Shown here: positions 46,807 to 57,921 of the stretch, piece after piece | Layout: every line of letters begins with the position of its first letter | Position numbering within the stretch: position 1 is the first letter of the stretch | NCBI GenBank assembly: GCA_017610205.1 | Contig: JAFCCL010000006.1 | Coordinates: 1 to 64,000 of the forward strand | Direction: 5' to 3' | From: Candidatus Iainarchaeum sp. | GTDB lineage: Archaea > Iainarchaeota > Iainarchaeia > Iainarchaeales > GCA-2688035 | Length of the DNA stretch: 64,000 bases | Position numbers and translations under genes: made by a program | The notes under the pieces: generated by a model | Database searches by the model: none | Told to the model about the DNA's origin: nothing | Seen by the model: only the letters and a program-made list of their open reading frames with translations

Positions 46807-48122
46807 CAGTAGATTCGCAAGTGCTTGATTGAGAGCTGTTTTTCGTGCTTTTCTGTTGATGTTGTTGTTGCGTGTTTTGAGTTTGTTAGAGTAGGTGTTT
46901 GTTGTAGTGTGCTGATAGCGTGCATGTTTGCTCCTGTTGTGTATGCTGATGTCTAGTGCATGTGTGTTGGGGTGTGTGTGGTTGCTATGTGTCTGTTCTG
47001 TTTGGGTTTGCAAGGCTTGTGGCAGCAAGCTTTTCGATAACTTTTTTGAATGTTGCAATTGTTGTTGTGGTAGTGTTTCTTGCGTTGTACCATGCGTTGT
47101 ACAGTAGGGATTCCATGTAGAAGTATAGCATTCTTACTGTGTTGTTTGTGGTGGTTGTCTTGGCTCTGAACCTTTTCTTTGACTTGTAGCCGGTTTCAAT
47201 GCTCCATCTCTTGCGGTACAGTTCTCTGAGGTAAAGAGTGTTGTCTGTTTAGATGTTTGTTGCAAAGCAGTATACTGGTCTTGGTTTGTTTGGTTCTTTG
47301 GTTTCACTGCGAGTCATGCCGAGGTTGAATGTTTGTTTTTCTTTCCTGCCGACAGCGTGTTGTATTACTATAGGTAGCTTGTTTTCGTTTTGTTTGATGG
47401 CTCGCTTGATTGCTTTGTCTCTTGGAACAGGCATCACAAACTTTGTTTTCAACAGCTTCAGTGCCTTAATGCATGCAACAGTGTAAAACGCTCTATCTAA
47501 CAGAATACAGGTGATTTGAGCGTGTTTTCTGGCAACCTGCATGAGCTCTTGTACTACTGTTGCTTTGCTGTCATCATCTACTGAGAGTTTTCTTACTGCA
47601 AGTGTTAGCCAGCAGTCACCCTCAACAATCTCCAGTGTCGCAAATTGGTGGCAGTAGTTTGTGCCTCTTTGCCTCTTTGTTCCTCTGACATTAGGATTGT
47701 TTTTGTCTCCGTAGTATAGGATGTCATGATAGTCAATGGCCATAGTGTAGCGTTTCTTTTCGTGTCCTTTCAACATTCTTTTTACTGTAGAGTTGAATGC
47801 TTTCCTAACAATCTTTCTGTTGGTTTGTTTGAGCCGTCTCAATAACGTGTCTGCTGAAGCAACCAGTGCATCAGAGCACTCTATTTTGAGCTGGTTGCTT
47901 GCTTCTTCTGCAGACAACTGGTTTACAAACATGTATAGCAACAGTCGGAATAACTGGCTAAGTTTGTGTTTGCTGTTGTATTTTTGGGTGTATCCCAAGG
48001 TGTTTGAAGAAAAAACGCCTAATAATACTGACCTGTTTCCCAGAAACAAGTATTTTATTTACTCTCCCCTAACAAATAAAACTATCGAGTCAGCTAATCA
48101 GAACCCACTTGCGGAAGTACTG
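46807..48122 (-). mobile_element. ISH3-type (IS4-like DDE) insertion sequence, 1316 bp
   Basis: Terminal inverted repeats CAGTAGATTCGCAAGTG / CAGTACTTCCGCAAGTG (14/17 match); no matching TSD. Confidence 0.85.
46985..48049 (-). pseudogene. ISH3-family transposase with a premature TAA (47249-47251)
   Basis: AIDYHDILYYG, GT.Y...FAT, LLDRAFY and FATN motifs; after the stop the same frame gives YRKRWSIETGY...LLYNAW. Confidence 0.85.
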
Positions 48123-48178
48123 GGCAGGAGGAAAGTAATTTATATAAGAAAGAACAAAATAAATCTAGAGGAATTGAA

Positions 48179-48400
48179 ATGGATACAAAATATAAAATCA
48201 TTTTCAAATCATTGTTTTTTTTTGTAGCTGTTGCAATTCTTACAGCAAGCTTTATTGTCACACTTTTTGAAGGAATTATAATGCAATTTAATGACCTTGA
48301 ATTTGACGCAATGGGTCTTTACATTGTTTCAATAATTGCCCTAATCGCAGCTTTGGCAGTAATGAAAAGGGCAAAACACATGCTTTGGACAGCTGCCTAA
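48179..48400 (+). CDS. small two-TM membrane protein
   Basis: 73 aa with two hydrophobic helices. Confidence 0.65.
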   Translation: MDTKYKIIFKSLFFFVAVAILTASFIVTLFEGIIMQFNDLEFDAMGLYIVSIIALIAALAVMKRAKHMLWTAA

Positions 48401-48456
48401 AACAGGAATCAAAAGCCATATTAATCACTTAACACCTATTTAAAACCAGTTTAAGC

Positions 48457-49980
48457 ATGAAGAAAAAAGGGCAGGCTGCAGCAGAATTGCTGATAATTCT
48501 GGCGGTTGCAATAGTTGTACTAATTGCAATCTACAGCTTTAGCTTTGAAGCAATAACAGATATTGGACAAGAACAAATTATTGAAACAGCACAAACAAGC
48601 GTGAAGGATTTGGCAAACGCTACAAACGACGTTTATGAGCAAGGAGTCGGGGCAAAAAAACGGGTTTTCTATCAGGTACCAGGAAATGTTGATGAAAGCA
48701 AAAGCGGAATTGAAGGAAATGCCTTTGTCCTGAACGTACTTAAATCAGATGTTTATGCTTCAGCAAACACCTGCCTTTTGGGAGAAATGCCTACAAGCAC
48801 AGGAGGGCACTTTGTATGGCTTACTGCACAGGAGCAATGTGTTTTTGTAGGAATTGAAAACCTTGAAATAAGCAAAACAAGCAGTTACATTACATTAAAC
48901 CAAAGCGATTCTGAAACAGACTCTGTAACCATAACAAACAATGGAGAAGAAACAGCAGACATTTTTCTTACAAGAAACTGGAGCCACACAGGAACAACAG
49001 ACCTTGACCTTGACATATATATATTCTCACTTAACGCAGGGCAATCGCAAACAGTGACATTGACATACTCTTCAAGCGCGAGTGCCTCTGGCAACTATAC
49101 CGGCAGCGTTTCAATTGATGCAGCCTTTGCATCAGGCAATGAAAGCAATTCACTGCCTGTTACTGCAGACGTGCTTGTTGCAGGCGGAGGTGAGATACTT
49201 GTTGTCTTTCCTGCAACAAGAACAAGTGACTATAATGCAGGCGAAACAGAGAATTATTCATTTCAGGTTTGCAACAACGGGGACAGCGCGTTAACTAATA
49301 TATCGTTTTCAGACAGCGGAAGAATTGCTGACTGGATTGACGCAGAATCAATTCCAATAATTGCCCTGCTTGCAGCAGGCAGTTGCGAAACAGTTTCTTA
49401 CACTTTGACTCACCATGGGTTACGACGCCTAGTGCCACTGATTGGCACGATTATTGCAACAGACGGCACCTACAGTGACAACCTTGCAATAACTGTTGTT
49501 ATTCCAGCAGCACCTCCAGAACCAACAGTAATTGCTTTTGATGTTTTCCCAAACAGTACCTGGGATGAAGGAAGTGGCTGGCTTGAAGACTGGACCCATT
49601 CAGGGGATGCATCTCTTAGAACAATCGGTAATCCACACAGTTTGCCAAGGCACCTTAGACTAAGAAGGGCAACAGGCTATGTCAAAAGACCTGTTGACCT
49701 GAGCAGCTACACAAATCCAAGAATTGAATTCTGGGCAAAAGCTATTAGCTGGGAATCTGGTGACGAAGCACATGTTTTGGTCAGCCACAATGATTCTGAC
49801 TGGCATACCCTAAAAACATGGGTTAACGGAGAGGATGATGGTGTATATCACTTCTATGAATTTAATTTAAATCCTTATACCTTGAGCAGTGAATTCTGGA
49901 TAGCATTTGATGCAGAAATGAACAATAAGAATGATTATTTCTATGTTGATGACGTAAATATTGTTGAAAGGACCCAGTAA
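48457..49980 (+). CDS. large pilin-like protein (class III signal peptide) with Ig-like and C-terminal lectin/MAM-like domains
   Basis: MKKKG|QAAAELL signal; Ig-like repeats (TITNNG, QVCNNG); C-terminal ..FYVDDVNI domain. Confidence 0.8.
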   Translation: MKKKGQAAAELLIILAVAIVVLIAIYSFSFEAITDIGQEQIIETAQTSVKDLANATNDVYEQGVGAKKRVFYQVPGNVDESKSGIEGNAFVLNVLKSDVYASANTCLLGEMPTSTGGHFVWLTAQEQCVFVGIENLEISKTSSYITLNQSDSETDSVTITNNGEETADIFLTRNWSHTGTTDLDLDIYIFSLNAGQSQTVTLTYSSSASASGNYTGSVSIDAAFASGNESNSLPVTADVLVAGGGEILVVFPATRTSDYNAGETENYSFQVCNNGDSALTNISFSDSGRIADWIDAESIPIIALLAAGSCETVSYTLTHHGLRRLVPLIGTIIATDGTYSDNLAITVVIPAAPPEPTVIAFDVFPNSTWDEGSGWLEDWTHSGDASLRTIGNPHSLPRHLRLRRATGYVKRPVDLSSYTNPRIEFWAKAISWESGDEAHVLVSHNDSDWHTLKTWVNGEDDGVYHFYEFNLNPYTLSSEFWIAFDAEMNNKNDYFYVDDVNIVERTQ

Positions 49981-49992
49981 CGGAAGGTTAAA

Positions 49993-50385
49993 ATGGATAT
50001 AAGGGCACAGGTTTCGGTTGAGTTCCTAATAGTTTTGATACTGCTCCTTGGACTGCTTTTGTTTTCGCTTGCTGTTTTTAGCGAAAAAAATGAAGGATTT
50101 ATTTTAAGCAAGGAAAATTACAAAGCAAGGCTTATTGCCAACCAGATTGCTGAAAAAGCAAACACAGTACTTACTTCAGGAAATGGAGCAGAAGTAAGTT
50201 TTAGGCTTAAGAAATTGGAGGGTTTTGAGCCAAGTGTTGCAGGAAATGCAGTAAGGGTTTCGTGGCGCGATAACTTTGTTGATTCGCCATTGCTAACTAA
50301 CGATGTAACAGTAAACAACCTTGCATTAGGAGAGGGAATAAAAATTAAAAATCAGAAGGGGGAGATTGTAATTGACTTTGCTTAA
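49993..50385 (+). CDS. minor pilin (class III signal peptide)
   Basis: RA|QVSVEFLIVL signal. Confidence 0.8.
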   Translation: MDIRAQVSVEFLIVLILLLGLLLFSLAVFSEKNEGFILSKENYKARLIANQIAEKANTVLTSGNGAEVSFRLKKLEGFEPSVAGNAVRVSWRDNFVDSPLLTNDVTVNNLALGEGIKIKNQKGEIVIDFA

Positions 50386-50878
50386 TAGAAATGGCCAGAT
50401 TTTTTCAATAGATTTAATGCTTGCCTCAATAATTTTTCTTCTAATACTAACAACCGCGACAATTTACAGCAACCATATTGCAAACAGGATTTATTTTTTG
50501 GAACAGGATGCAGAAATGAGACAGGCTGGCCAGCAGGCAGCCAATGGATTGGTTTTAACAGGAGGAAATCCTGCAAACTGGCAAAATCAGGGATTGAAAA
50601 ATGTTAATTCGATTGGAATTGCAAGCAGTGCAAACAATCTCAAAAAAAACAAAATGCAGCGGCTTTCCTCACTGGCTTCAAGCAATTACGAGGAAGTGAA
50701 AGACATTCTTGGAATTGCAAAATTTGATTTTAAAATTGATGTTATAAGCATGAAGGGTAATTTTGTGGTTGAAAGCTTTGGCGCAAGGCCTGAAAGCGAA
50801 AGCAGCATAGTAAGCATTAACAGGATTGCGTTTTATGACGGAAACAATGTTGTTGTAAGGCTGAAGGTGTTTAAATGA
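50372..50878 (+). CDS. minor pilin-like protein
   Basis: RNG|QIFSIDLM signal and LVLTGGNPANW motif. Confidence 0.8.
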   Translation: MTLLNRNGQIFSIDLMLASIIFLLILTTATIYSNHIANRIYFLEQDAEMRQAGQQAANGLVLTGGNPANWQNQGLKNVNSIGIASSANNLKKNKMQRLSSLASSNYEEVKDILGIAKFDFKIDVISMKGNFVVESFGARPESESSIVSINRIAFYDGNNVVVRLKVFK

Positions 50879-51327
50879 AACATGCAAAAAACGGAAAGGA
50901 AAAAGGATTTATAATTTCATTCGAAGCTATTATTGCATTGCTTGTTTTTGCAGTGCTTATTGGCACAAGCGTTTTTTATCTTGAACAGAGTGTGCCAGAG
51001 GCAAGAAACAGCCTGCTATTGAAAGAAACTGCATCCGATACCTTGACTGTTTTGGACAAAACAACTATTTTGCAGGATGCCATTGACAACAGAAGCAGTT
51101 TAGGCATAAATTCTTTTTTTGCAAGACTTCCATACAACAAATGCGCAGAAGTTATTATTTACAATGAATCAGACCTTAACACCGCAATCCTTAGTGTCTT
51201 AAGACAAGATTGTGAAAAAACATTTGACGAGCTTGCAACAGTTAAACGAGGCTTCTTTATTGAAAGTAACGGCAACCTTGACTTTTACATTGCAGAATTA
51301 AATATGTGGGTGAGGGAAACAGCATGA
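50875..51327 (+). CDS. minor pilin-like protein
   Basis: KG|FIISFEAIIAL signal. Confidence 0.8.
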   Translation: MKHAKNGKEKGFIISFEAIIALLVFAVLIGTSVFYLEQSVPEARNSLLLKETASDTLTVLDKTTILQDAIDNRSSLGINSFFARLPYNKCAEVIIYNESDLNTAILSVLRQDCEKTFDELATVKRGFFIESNGNLDFYIAELNMWVRETA

Positions 51328-52199
51328 GGAAGGGATTTGTGATTTCAATCAGCACCTTTCTGGTAATGATAACTGTGGTGTGGTTCAGTATTTTTTACAC
51401 AGGATTTATGCAAAACCAGGAAGCAGACATTTACAGCACTTATCCTATTGAAAAAGCCGGCTTTGTTGCAGATGACATAATATGGGATGTGAATCAAATC
51501 GTTGGCATTGGACAAAGTGTTGAAAGGAGAACAGATTTTATGAGGATTGAAATAAAGGACAAGCTTCCTGCAGATATAAACAAGCTGCAGCTGATTGACT
51601 ACAATGAATTTGTTGACATAAATTACAGTGAAAAACAAAATGCCTCAATTAACCTTGATTTTTCAAATTTGCTTGACGGAAAGGTTGAACTTCTTTTCAG
51701 CAACGGTCTTGTATACGAGCACCAATATTCAGGAGACCAGAACTTTTCCAAGTTTTACAGGAACGATGGCAGCGATACAGGTGTTTTTACCTACGACATA
51801 AATGTTTTTGTGCAAAATGCAAGATATGACAGTGGAGAATCCGAGGAATGGGACTGCGACAATGACGGAGATGTGAATGTGAATTTAAGGTATAGCGATA
51901 GCTATGGGGAAAGCGTTAATAGTTTTTGCCAACAGGATTCTGAAGAAGAGTATGAATATGAGTTTGAATTTGATAGTGTTGCAGGAAGCCTTGTTGTAAG
52001 TTTTGGAGATGTACAAGGCAATGAGAATTCACTAAAGATAAGGAATAATATCGGAAACCCAAATGTTGAAGTAGTTGTTTCAATCAGTGCAGAGCTTGCT
52101 TCTCCAACTGAAGAAGTTGTATGGTATTATGATGCAGACCTGAATTATGTGCAGGGGGCTGTTGAATTGAATAGAAAAATTGAATTGGGAAGAAGCTAA
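51324..52199 (+). CDS. minor pilin-like protein
   Basis: RKG|FVISIST signal and an acidic beta-rich body. Confidence 0.75.
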   Translation: MRKGFVISISTFLVMITVVWFSIFYTGFMQNQEADIYSTYPIEKAGFVADDIIWDVNQIVGIGQSVERRTDFMRIEIKDKLPADINKLQLIDYNEFVDINYSEKQNASINLDFSNLLDGKVELLFSNGLVYEHQYSGDQNFSKFYRNDGSDTGVFTYDINVFVQNARYDSGESEEWDCDNDGDVNVNLRYSDSYGESVNSFCQQDSEEEYEYEFEFDSVAGSLVVSFGDVQGNENSLKIRNNIGNPNVEVVVSISAELASPTEEVVWYYDADLNYVQGAVELNRKIELGRS

Positions 52200-52282
52200 T
52201 TATATTAGCCGGAATCACTTTTGTTGTTTATAATTAATTTCATTTTCGTTTCTTATAATTAGTTGTTATTTTTACTTTGCTT

Positions 52283-52372
52283 TTAGGGTGCTTTTTTCCG
52301 GTAGTTTTTCTTTTTTCCTTCAGGCTGGGCAAAAAGTGCAATAACTGCCAGCAGAAACAACAATTTTTTCAT
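52283..52372 (-). pseudogene. internally deleted paralogue of the 52495-53976 surface protein
   Basis: MKKLLFLLAVIALFAQ resembles MKKLLFLLVILVFFAQ (DNA identity also extends to the TTGAATG start context); it is joined directly to a basic tail. Confidence 0.7.
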
Positions 52373-52494
52373 TCAAGGATTACCTTTTTAAATGTCCATT
52401 CAATCATTATCTTTGAAATTGTTCTTTATATAAATAGTCTCTTATATACAAAATAGTTTTCCTAAGGCAAGACAGGAAAAATAGTTATTTTTGT

Positions 52495-53976
52495 TTATCT
52501 TTTTTTATTCTTAGAAATATACTTTTTGTATATTTTAATTTTTTCTTTCAGTTTTTTTTCAGCTTTAGTTTGTTTTCCAGATTCCTTTTCAGCTTTAAAT
52601 TGTTTTTTGTGTTCCTTTTCCTTTTCAATATTGACAATGGTTATAACCAGAGGTTCACCTTCTTCATAGCCAATAACTGCAGGCAATGGAACAGAATTTG
52701 CTTCAGGCTGTGAAATTAACAAAGGAACAGTGTATGAAAAAGTTGTTAGCTTCATTGCACCAACCTTTTCCAAAATAAATTCAGCTACGGAATCAAACTT
52801 TTTTACATTGATTTTTGTATCCTCAGATTTTTCTAAAAAAGTTTTGCCAAAAAACCTTGGAATTTTAACTGCTACCTTTGCATTCAACCAGTTTCTGTTA
52901 GTGTTGTTTTCAATTGTAACCATTACCGTTGTTTCAAAACTTGCTTCTCCTTTTTTTGTTACAACAAGACAGCATTTAACCGACTGTAAAACATTTGTTC
53001 TGGCAGCAAACTCCATTGCGTTTTCCCTCACCTCTGCTTTTAATCCGAGTTTGTCAAGAATCCAACCCACATCGTAATCGTTTGCTGTTCCCTCTGACTC
53101 GGCAGCAAAAAGCCTCACACGATCTTCATCTTCAACACCATCAACAAGAGTTTCAGAAGGCATTATTTTCATAGGGTACTTTCCGCCTGCAAAACGCTTT
53201 GTTGTAAAAAATATTCCTGCAAAAAGCAGAGCGACTAAAACAATAATTGCAATCGTTTGCAATAACTCAAAAGGAAACGGCGGAGGAGTTAAAGGCAGTG
53301 CATTCACAGAAAAATCTTTTATAAGCTTTGCGGATTCGGTGCCTGATAAGGTAGTTACCATAAGCTTATAATTTCCTATCGGCAAACTAGGGCCAAGCCT
53401 TGTTATTTCATTAATCCCACTTACAGCAATATTCTGCGAATTAGACCAAACAACTTCACCATCCTTTGTTATCTGCTCATGTAATTGAATAGGTGTTTCA
53501 TCAACATCGTTTGTCTTAATAGAATAAGCAAAGCCCAGCTGGCCTCCTTCATCCAGACCATCAAGTATAATTGCACCAAGCTGGGGCATCACAGGAACAA
53601 TTTTTCTCACTTCAATTGTCTTGTTTGCCAAAACATTTGCATCATTGCACTTTAATTCAATCAAAAAATTGTAAATGCCCTCAAGGTGGCTTGGCAAAAG
53701 CACATTTGCATTTCCAGATTTTGTCTCATCGCTATCGAGAAAAATATTATCACTGCCCTTGCTTACTTTTTCATTGTCAACCTCAATCCAATAGCTTACA
53801 TAGCCTGTACATGGCGGACCAGCCCTGTTTCCTGCATAATACACAAAATCAAGAGGAGCTCCTGCTTTTACAATAACAGGCATGTCCTCAATTTTTAGCT
53901 CGAGAATGTTTTCTTCAGCCACAGTAAGCTGGGCAAAAAAGACCAAAATAACCAGAAGGAACAACAATTTTTTCAT
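52495..53976 (-). CDS. signal-peptide surface/membrane protein (two Ig-like domains, TM, cytoplasmic domain, basic tail)
   Basis: Signal peptide, Pro linker, TM IAIIVLVALLFAGIFF; the Ig-like domains resemble those of the upstream gene. Confidence 0.7.
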   Translation of the reverse strand: MKKLLFLLVILVFFAQLTVAEENILELKIEDMPVIVKAGAPLDFVYYAGNRAGPPCTGYVSYWIEVDNEKVSKGSDNIFLDSDETKSGNANVLLPSHLEGIYNFLIELKCNDANVLANKTIEVRKIVPVMPQLGAIILDGLDEGGQLGFAYSIKTNDVDETPIQLHEQITKDGEVVWSNSQNIAVSGINEITRLGPSLPIGNYKLMVTTLSGTESAKLIKDFSVNALPLTPPPFPFELLQTIAIIVLVALLFAGIFFTTKRFAGGKYPMKIMPSETLVDGVEDEDRVRLFAAESEGTANDYDVGWILDKLGLKAEVRENAMEFAARTNVLQSVKCCLVVTKKGEASFETTVMVTIENNTNRNWLNAKVAVKIPRFFGKTFLEKSEDTKINVKKFDSVAEFILEKVGAMKLTTFSYTVPLLISQPEANSVPLPAVIGYEEGEPLVITIVNIEKEKEHKKQFKAEKESGKQTKAEKKLKEKIKIYKKYISKNKKR

Positions 53977-54101
53977 TCAACTTCTCCTTTTATTAAACAC
54001 TAGTATATAGAAGTCCTTTTTAGTATAAAATTGTTTTTACAAACCTAGCAAAAGAACAATCAGTACCCCCAAAAAAAGCACAATTTCAAAAAGTTTGTCA
54101 A

Positions 54102-55799
54102 TTACCCAAATTTAGGGCTGTTTTCCTTCATTGATTTGAGCTTTTTTGCCAAAACCAGCATTGCAATCACAGCAAGAATTGCCACTATTATCCATGGAAT
54201 AATTTCAAAAAATGTTGCAACAAGAGACTGGTCTGAAGGAGATGGTGGAGTTGACGGAAGCAGTCCTGCAGATGGCTTTATTTCAAAAGAATACATATCA
54301 GTATCTGTTTCACCCTGATAAACAGCATCTACTTCAAGCCGGTAGTTGCCTGGTTCCAACCCATAAACTTCTTCGGAAAATTTCTGCAGGATTTGAACAG
54401 CCACTGTTTGCTTCTTTTCCCAAACCAGCGAATCGTTTAAATAAAGCCGTTCATTAACAAGCACTGGCAAAACCGCGTCCTTGTTTGATTCAATTGTCAT
54501 TGAAAAAGACAATGGCTCTGCACCACCGCCTGGCAAAAGTGAAGTAATATCAATTCCGATTTTTGTCGGAACACCTTTTCCAACAGTTATTAGCCTTTCC
54601 ACTTCAACGTTTTCCTGCTCTTCCCTTGACAATTGCAGATGGAACTCATACAAGCCATCCATGTCTTCAAACAAAAGAAGGTTTGCATTGATTTCCCTTA
54701 TTTCACCAGATACAAGATAAACTGTTTCACTTCCACTTACAAATTTCACATCATCTTTTTCAAGCCAATATTCAATATATGCATTGTCATTTGAGTTTGT
54801 TCCATTTGTTATAAGATAGGTAAAATCAAGTTTCTCACCTGCTTCAACAGGGTCATCAATTCGGATAAGGATTATATTAAAATCATTTTCCAAAACAGCC
54901 CCTGGAAAAACGCCGCCTCCACCAGGAACAGGTGAAGGTGTTGGCGTTGGTCCAGGTCCTGGAGGAGTATATGTTGTTTGCACTATCAAACTGTTGTTGT
55001 CAGCGTAATCCGTTGCCTTCACATAATAGGTATGGCTTGTTAATCCGCTTCCAGAAAAGACATGGGAAAGGGCGAGCCCTGTCCTTAGCCAGCTTCCACT
55101 GTCTTCCTTAATATAATATGTTTCAATTCCTGTAAACGAATCCTGTCCGTTCCATAAAAGGGCAACATTGGAGCCGCTTTGTGCAGCCGAAATGCTTGTA
55201 ATTACAGGGGCTGTTGCATCATAATGTACAATCCTTTCAATGGGCAAACCACAATTATTCAAATCGTCAGCTGCATAAAAAACAACGTTGTTGTCAGCGT
55301 CAACCGCCAAACCTGTTTCAACATAGCTGCAGTAGAACTCTCCCCTAAATTCGACGCAGTCAGTACTGCCATTAAAGTCAGTGCTTGCAAGGCCATTTAG
55401 ATCTACTCTAGCACTGTAGTTGTTTACATCAGCAGTTGGGGTTTTGTTCAAGTCAAAAATGATTGTTGGATTACTGTTAATGTTTGCATCCTGAACAGGG
55501 TTTTCTATATTGATTAGAACGCCAACAGGCCATCCGTCTAAAATTGTTGCAATCCAACCAAGCTGGAGATAGTAGCTGCTTGAGGATACTTCACCGGCAA
55601 TTGGCTGCCCTGTTGTACTAATCATGCCATAAGAACTTGAGCCAGTTTCTTCACCACTTACTATAGCCAGTTGAATTGGGTTTATTTTGTAAGCTGTTGT
55701 AATCGAGGGGAGAAGTAAAAGAGTAAGGCAAAGAACAATCAGTGGCTTGAAGAAAAATTGCTTTTTAAAAAAAATGTTTGTTTTTTCATTTTCAGACAC
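54102..55799 (-). CDS. cell-surface protein with FN3/Ig-like domains and a C-terminal anchor
   Basis: Signal peptide, YDATAP..HTYYVKATDYADN, PTPTPSP..GGGG linker, C-terminal TM followed by KK. Confidence 0.75.
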   Translation of the reverse strand: MSENEKTNIFFKKQFFFKPLIVLCLTLLLLPSITTAYKINPIQLAIVSGEETGSSSYGMISTTGQPIAGEVSSSSYYLQLGWIATILDGWPVGVLINIENPVQDANINSNPTIIFDLNKTPTADVNNYSARVDLNGLASTDFNGSTDCVEFRGEFYCSYVETGLAVDADNNVVFYAADDLNNCGLPIERIVHYDATAPVITSISAAQSGSNVALLWNGQDSFTGIETYYIKEDSGSWLRTGLALSHVFSGSGLTSHTYYVKATDYADNNSLIVQTTYTPPGPGPTPTPSPVPGGGGVFPGAVLENDFNIILIRIDDPVEAGEKLDFTYLITNGTNSNDNAYIEYWLEKDDVKFVSGSETVYLVSGEIREINANLLLFEDMDGLYEFHLQLSREEQENVEVERLITVGKGVPTKIGIDITSLLPGGGAEPLSFSMTIESNKDAVLPVLVNERLYLNDSLVWEKKQTVAVQILQKFSEEVYGLEPGNYRLEVDAVYQGETDTDMYSFEIKPSAGLLPSTPPSPSDQSLVATFFEIIPWIIVAILAVIAMLVLAKKLKSMKENSPKFG

Positions 55800-56013
55800 A
55801 GGATTAGCCCCCCAACTTTCCTAAAAAATAATTTTTCAGCCCAAAATTTATACGGGCAATTATTTTTTCCCAGTATATTAAAGGCTTTTAAAATTTAAAA
55901 AGCCATTGTTATCAATATCTTGGATTACACCTGAATCCAATAAGAAAGACTTGTTTTAATTACATTTATTAATTAGAAAAGCGTTTTATTGGGTAGTGGA
56001 AAAGTGACTGGAA

Positions 56014-57921
56014 ATGACTGAAGAAAAGAAAGCACTAAAAGGCAATGAAAAGCAAATTGAGAAAAAAAAGAAAATGCAAGCAAAGTCAGTGGTAAAAAAA
56101 GAAGGCCTTTGGGCAAATAAGGTTGAAAACAAAATGCAGGGAGAAGAAATTGAAAAAAATGGCGGGATTGCCTTTTTGCAGACACCTATTGACAAGTTTG
56201 TAGGACTTATTAAAAGAAATGGTAAGATGTCGTTTAAGGCGCTTGCAAACCAACTTGGATGGAGTGTTGAAAGCGTTGAAAAAGTCGGACTTGTTTTGGA
56301 AAAAAGAGGCGTTGTTGACGTGCGCTATCCGGCACTTGTTACAGCAAAGCCAAATATTTCTTTTATAAAAGAGCTTCCTTCAATTCCAAGATACGAAATT
56401 AGGGGAACTTTGCTTGAAAAATACCGTTACATTATTGACTTTGTTCCTGCAACAATTGAAATCTACAAAGTAAAAGAAGAACAGCGGCCGGTTTACCACA
56501 TAGTCACTCCTTATGTTGGAGCATATACCCGTGCATTTTTTGAAGAACTAAAGGAGAATATTGCGGAACAGATTCCAATAGAGGCATCTGAAATAACAGA
56601 CAACAGAAAAGGATTTGAATTGAAAAAAAGATTTTTTATAATTGCAAGAAAAGAGCTTAAAAGCTACCTTGCAGAAAGTCAGCCAAGAATTGTTGACGTA
56701 CTTGCAGGACTTTTGCTGCATGCAATGTACGGACTTGGAGAACTGGAAATTTTACTTGGGGACAACAACCTTGAAGAAGTAGCAGTTAACAGTGCAAAAA
56801 CTCCGATTACAGTTTATCATCGAAAATATGGATGGATGGAAACAACTATTTTTATGCAGTCAGAAGACGATATATTCAATTACGCAGCCCAGATTGGAAG
56901 AAAGGTTGGCAGAAATATTAACACCCTGCACCCTATCCTAGATGCACATCTTGTTTCAGGAGACAGGGTTAGTGCCACACTCAGCCCGGTAAGCAGTTCA
57001 GGCAACACAATTACAATAAGAAGATTTGCAAGGCGCCCTTGGACAATAGTTGATTTTATTGGAAAAGTTCACACAATGAACATTGAAATGGCGTCATTGC
57101 TTTGGATGGCAATGCAGTATGAGATGAGCATTGTGATTGCAGGCGGAACAGCAAGTGGAAAAACAAGCTGTTTAAATGCATTGACTGCAATGATTCCTGC
57201 ATACCATAGGACTATTTCAATTGAAGATGTTAGGGAAATAATGCTGCCAAAATACATGCATTGGAACTGGGTTCCTTTAACCACAAGAAATCCAAACTCC
57301 GAAGGAATGGGAGAGGTTTCAATGCTTAACTTAATGCAGGCATCTCTTAGAATGCGACCTGACAGAATTATTCTTGGAGAAATCAGGAGAAAGAAGGAAG
57401 CAGAAGTATTGTTTGAGGCAATGCACACAGGCCACAGTGTTTACAGCACAATCCACGCAGACAACAGCCAGCAGGTTTTAAGAAGGCTGACAGAGCCTCC
57501 AATTTCACTGCCGCCTTTGGAAATTGAGGCAATAGACCTTGTTCTTGTGCAATACCGGGACAGGAAAAAAAATGTAAGAAGAACCTATGAAATAAGCGAA
57601 GTTGAAAGCGGTGTAAGTGGTGAACAGCTTGGAATAAACACTGTTTTCAAATGGGATCCGAGGACAGACGAATGGGAAACAGTAAATCCTGCAACCAAAT
57701 TTATAAGGCAGCTTAATCTGCACACAGGAATGACAGAGGATGAGATAACAAAAAGCCTTGAGTCAAGAGCAGCTGTGCTGAAATGGGCTGATGAAAACAA
57801 ACAGAACGAAATAGAGCAGGTTGGTAAAATAATGAAACTTTATTACAGTGAGCCAAAAATTATTGAAAAGGCTGTATTGGACAATGAAAACCCTGAAACA
57901 GTTCTTGGTGGTAAAACATGA
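56014..57921 (+). CDS. type IV pilus/type II secretion assembly ATPase (TadA/CpaF/VirB11-like)
   Basis: GGTASGKT (Walker A), SIEDVRE, LRMRPDRIILGEIR and TGH..STIHA motifs. Confidence 0.95.
   Translation: MTEEKKALKGNEKQIEKKKKMQAKSVVKKEGLWANKVENKMQGEEIEKNGGIAFLQTPIDKFVGLIKRNGKMSFKALANQLGWSVESVEKVGLVLEKRGVVDVRYPALVTAKPNISFIKELPSIPRYEIRGTLLEKYRYIIDFVPATIEIYKVKEEQRPVYHIVTPYVGAYTRAFFEELKENIAEQIPIEASEITDNRKGFELKKRFFIIARKELKSYLAESQPRIVDVLAGLLLHAMYGLGELEILLGDNNLEEVAVNSAKTPITVYHRKYGWMETTIFMQSEDDIFNYAAQIGRKVGRNINTLHPILDAHLVSGDRVSATLSPVSSSGNTITIRRFARRPWTIVDFIGKVHTMNIEMASLLWMAMQYEMSIVIAGGTASGKTSCLNALTAMIPAYHRTISIEDVREIMLPKYMHWNWVPLTTRNPNSEGMGEVSMLNLMQASLRMRPDRIILGEIRRKKEAEVLFEAMHTGHSVYSTIHADNSQQVLRRLTEPPISLPPLEIEAIDLVLVQYRDRKKNVRRTYEISEVESGVSGEQLGINTVFKWDPRTDEWETVNPATKFIRQLNLHTGMTEDEITKSLESRAAVLKWADENKQNEIEQVGKIMKLYYSEPKIIEKAVLDNENPETVLGGKT

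Noticed and set aside
48457-55799. Diversity-generating retroelement acting on surface proteins
   Set aside because: No reverse transcriptase and no template/variable repeat pair differing at adenines was seen in the window.
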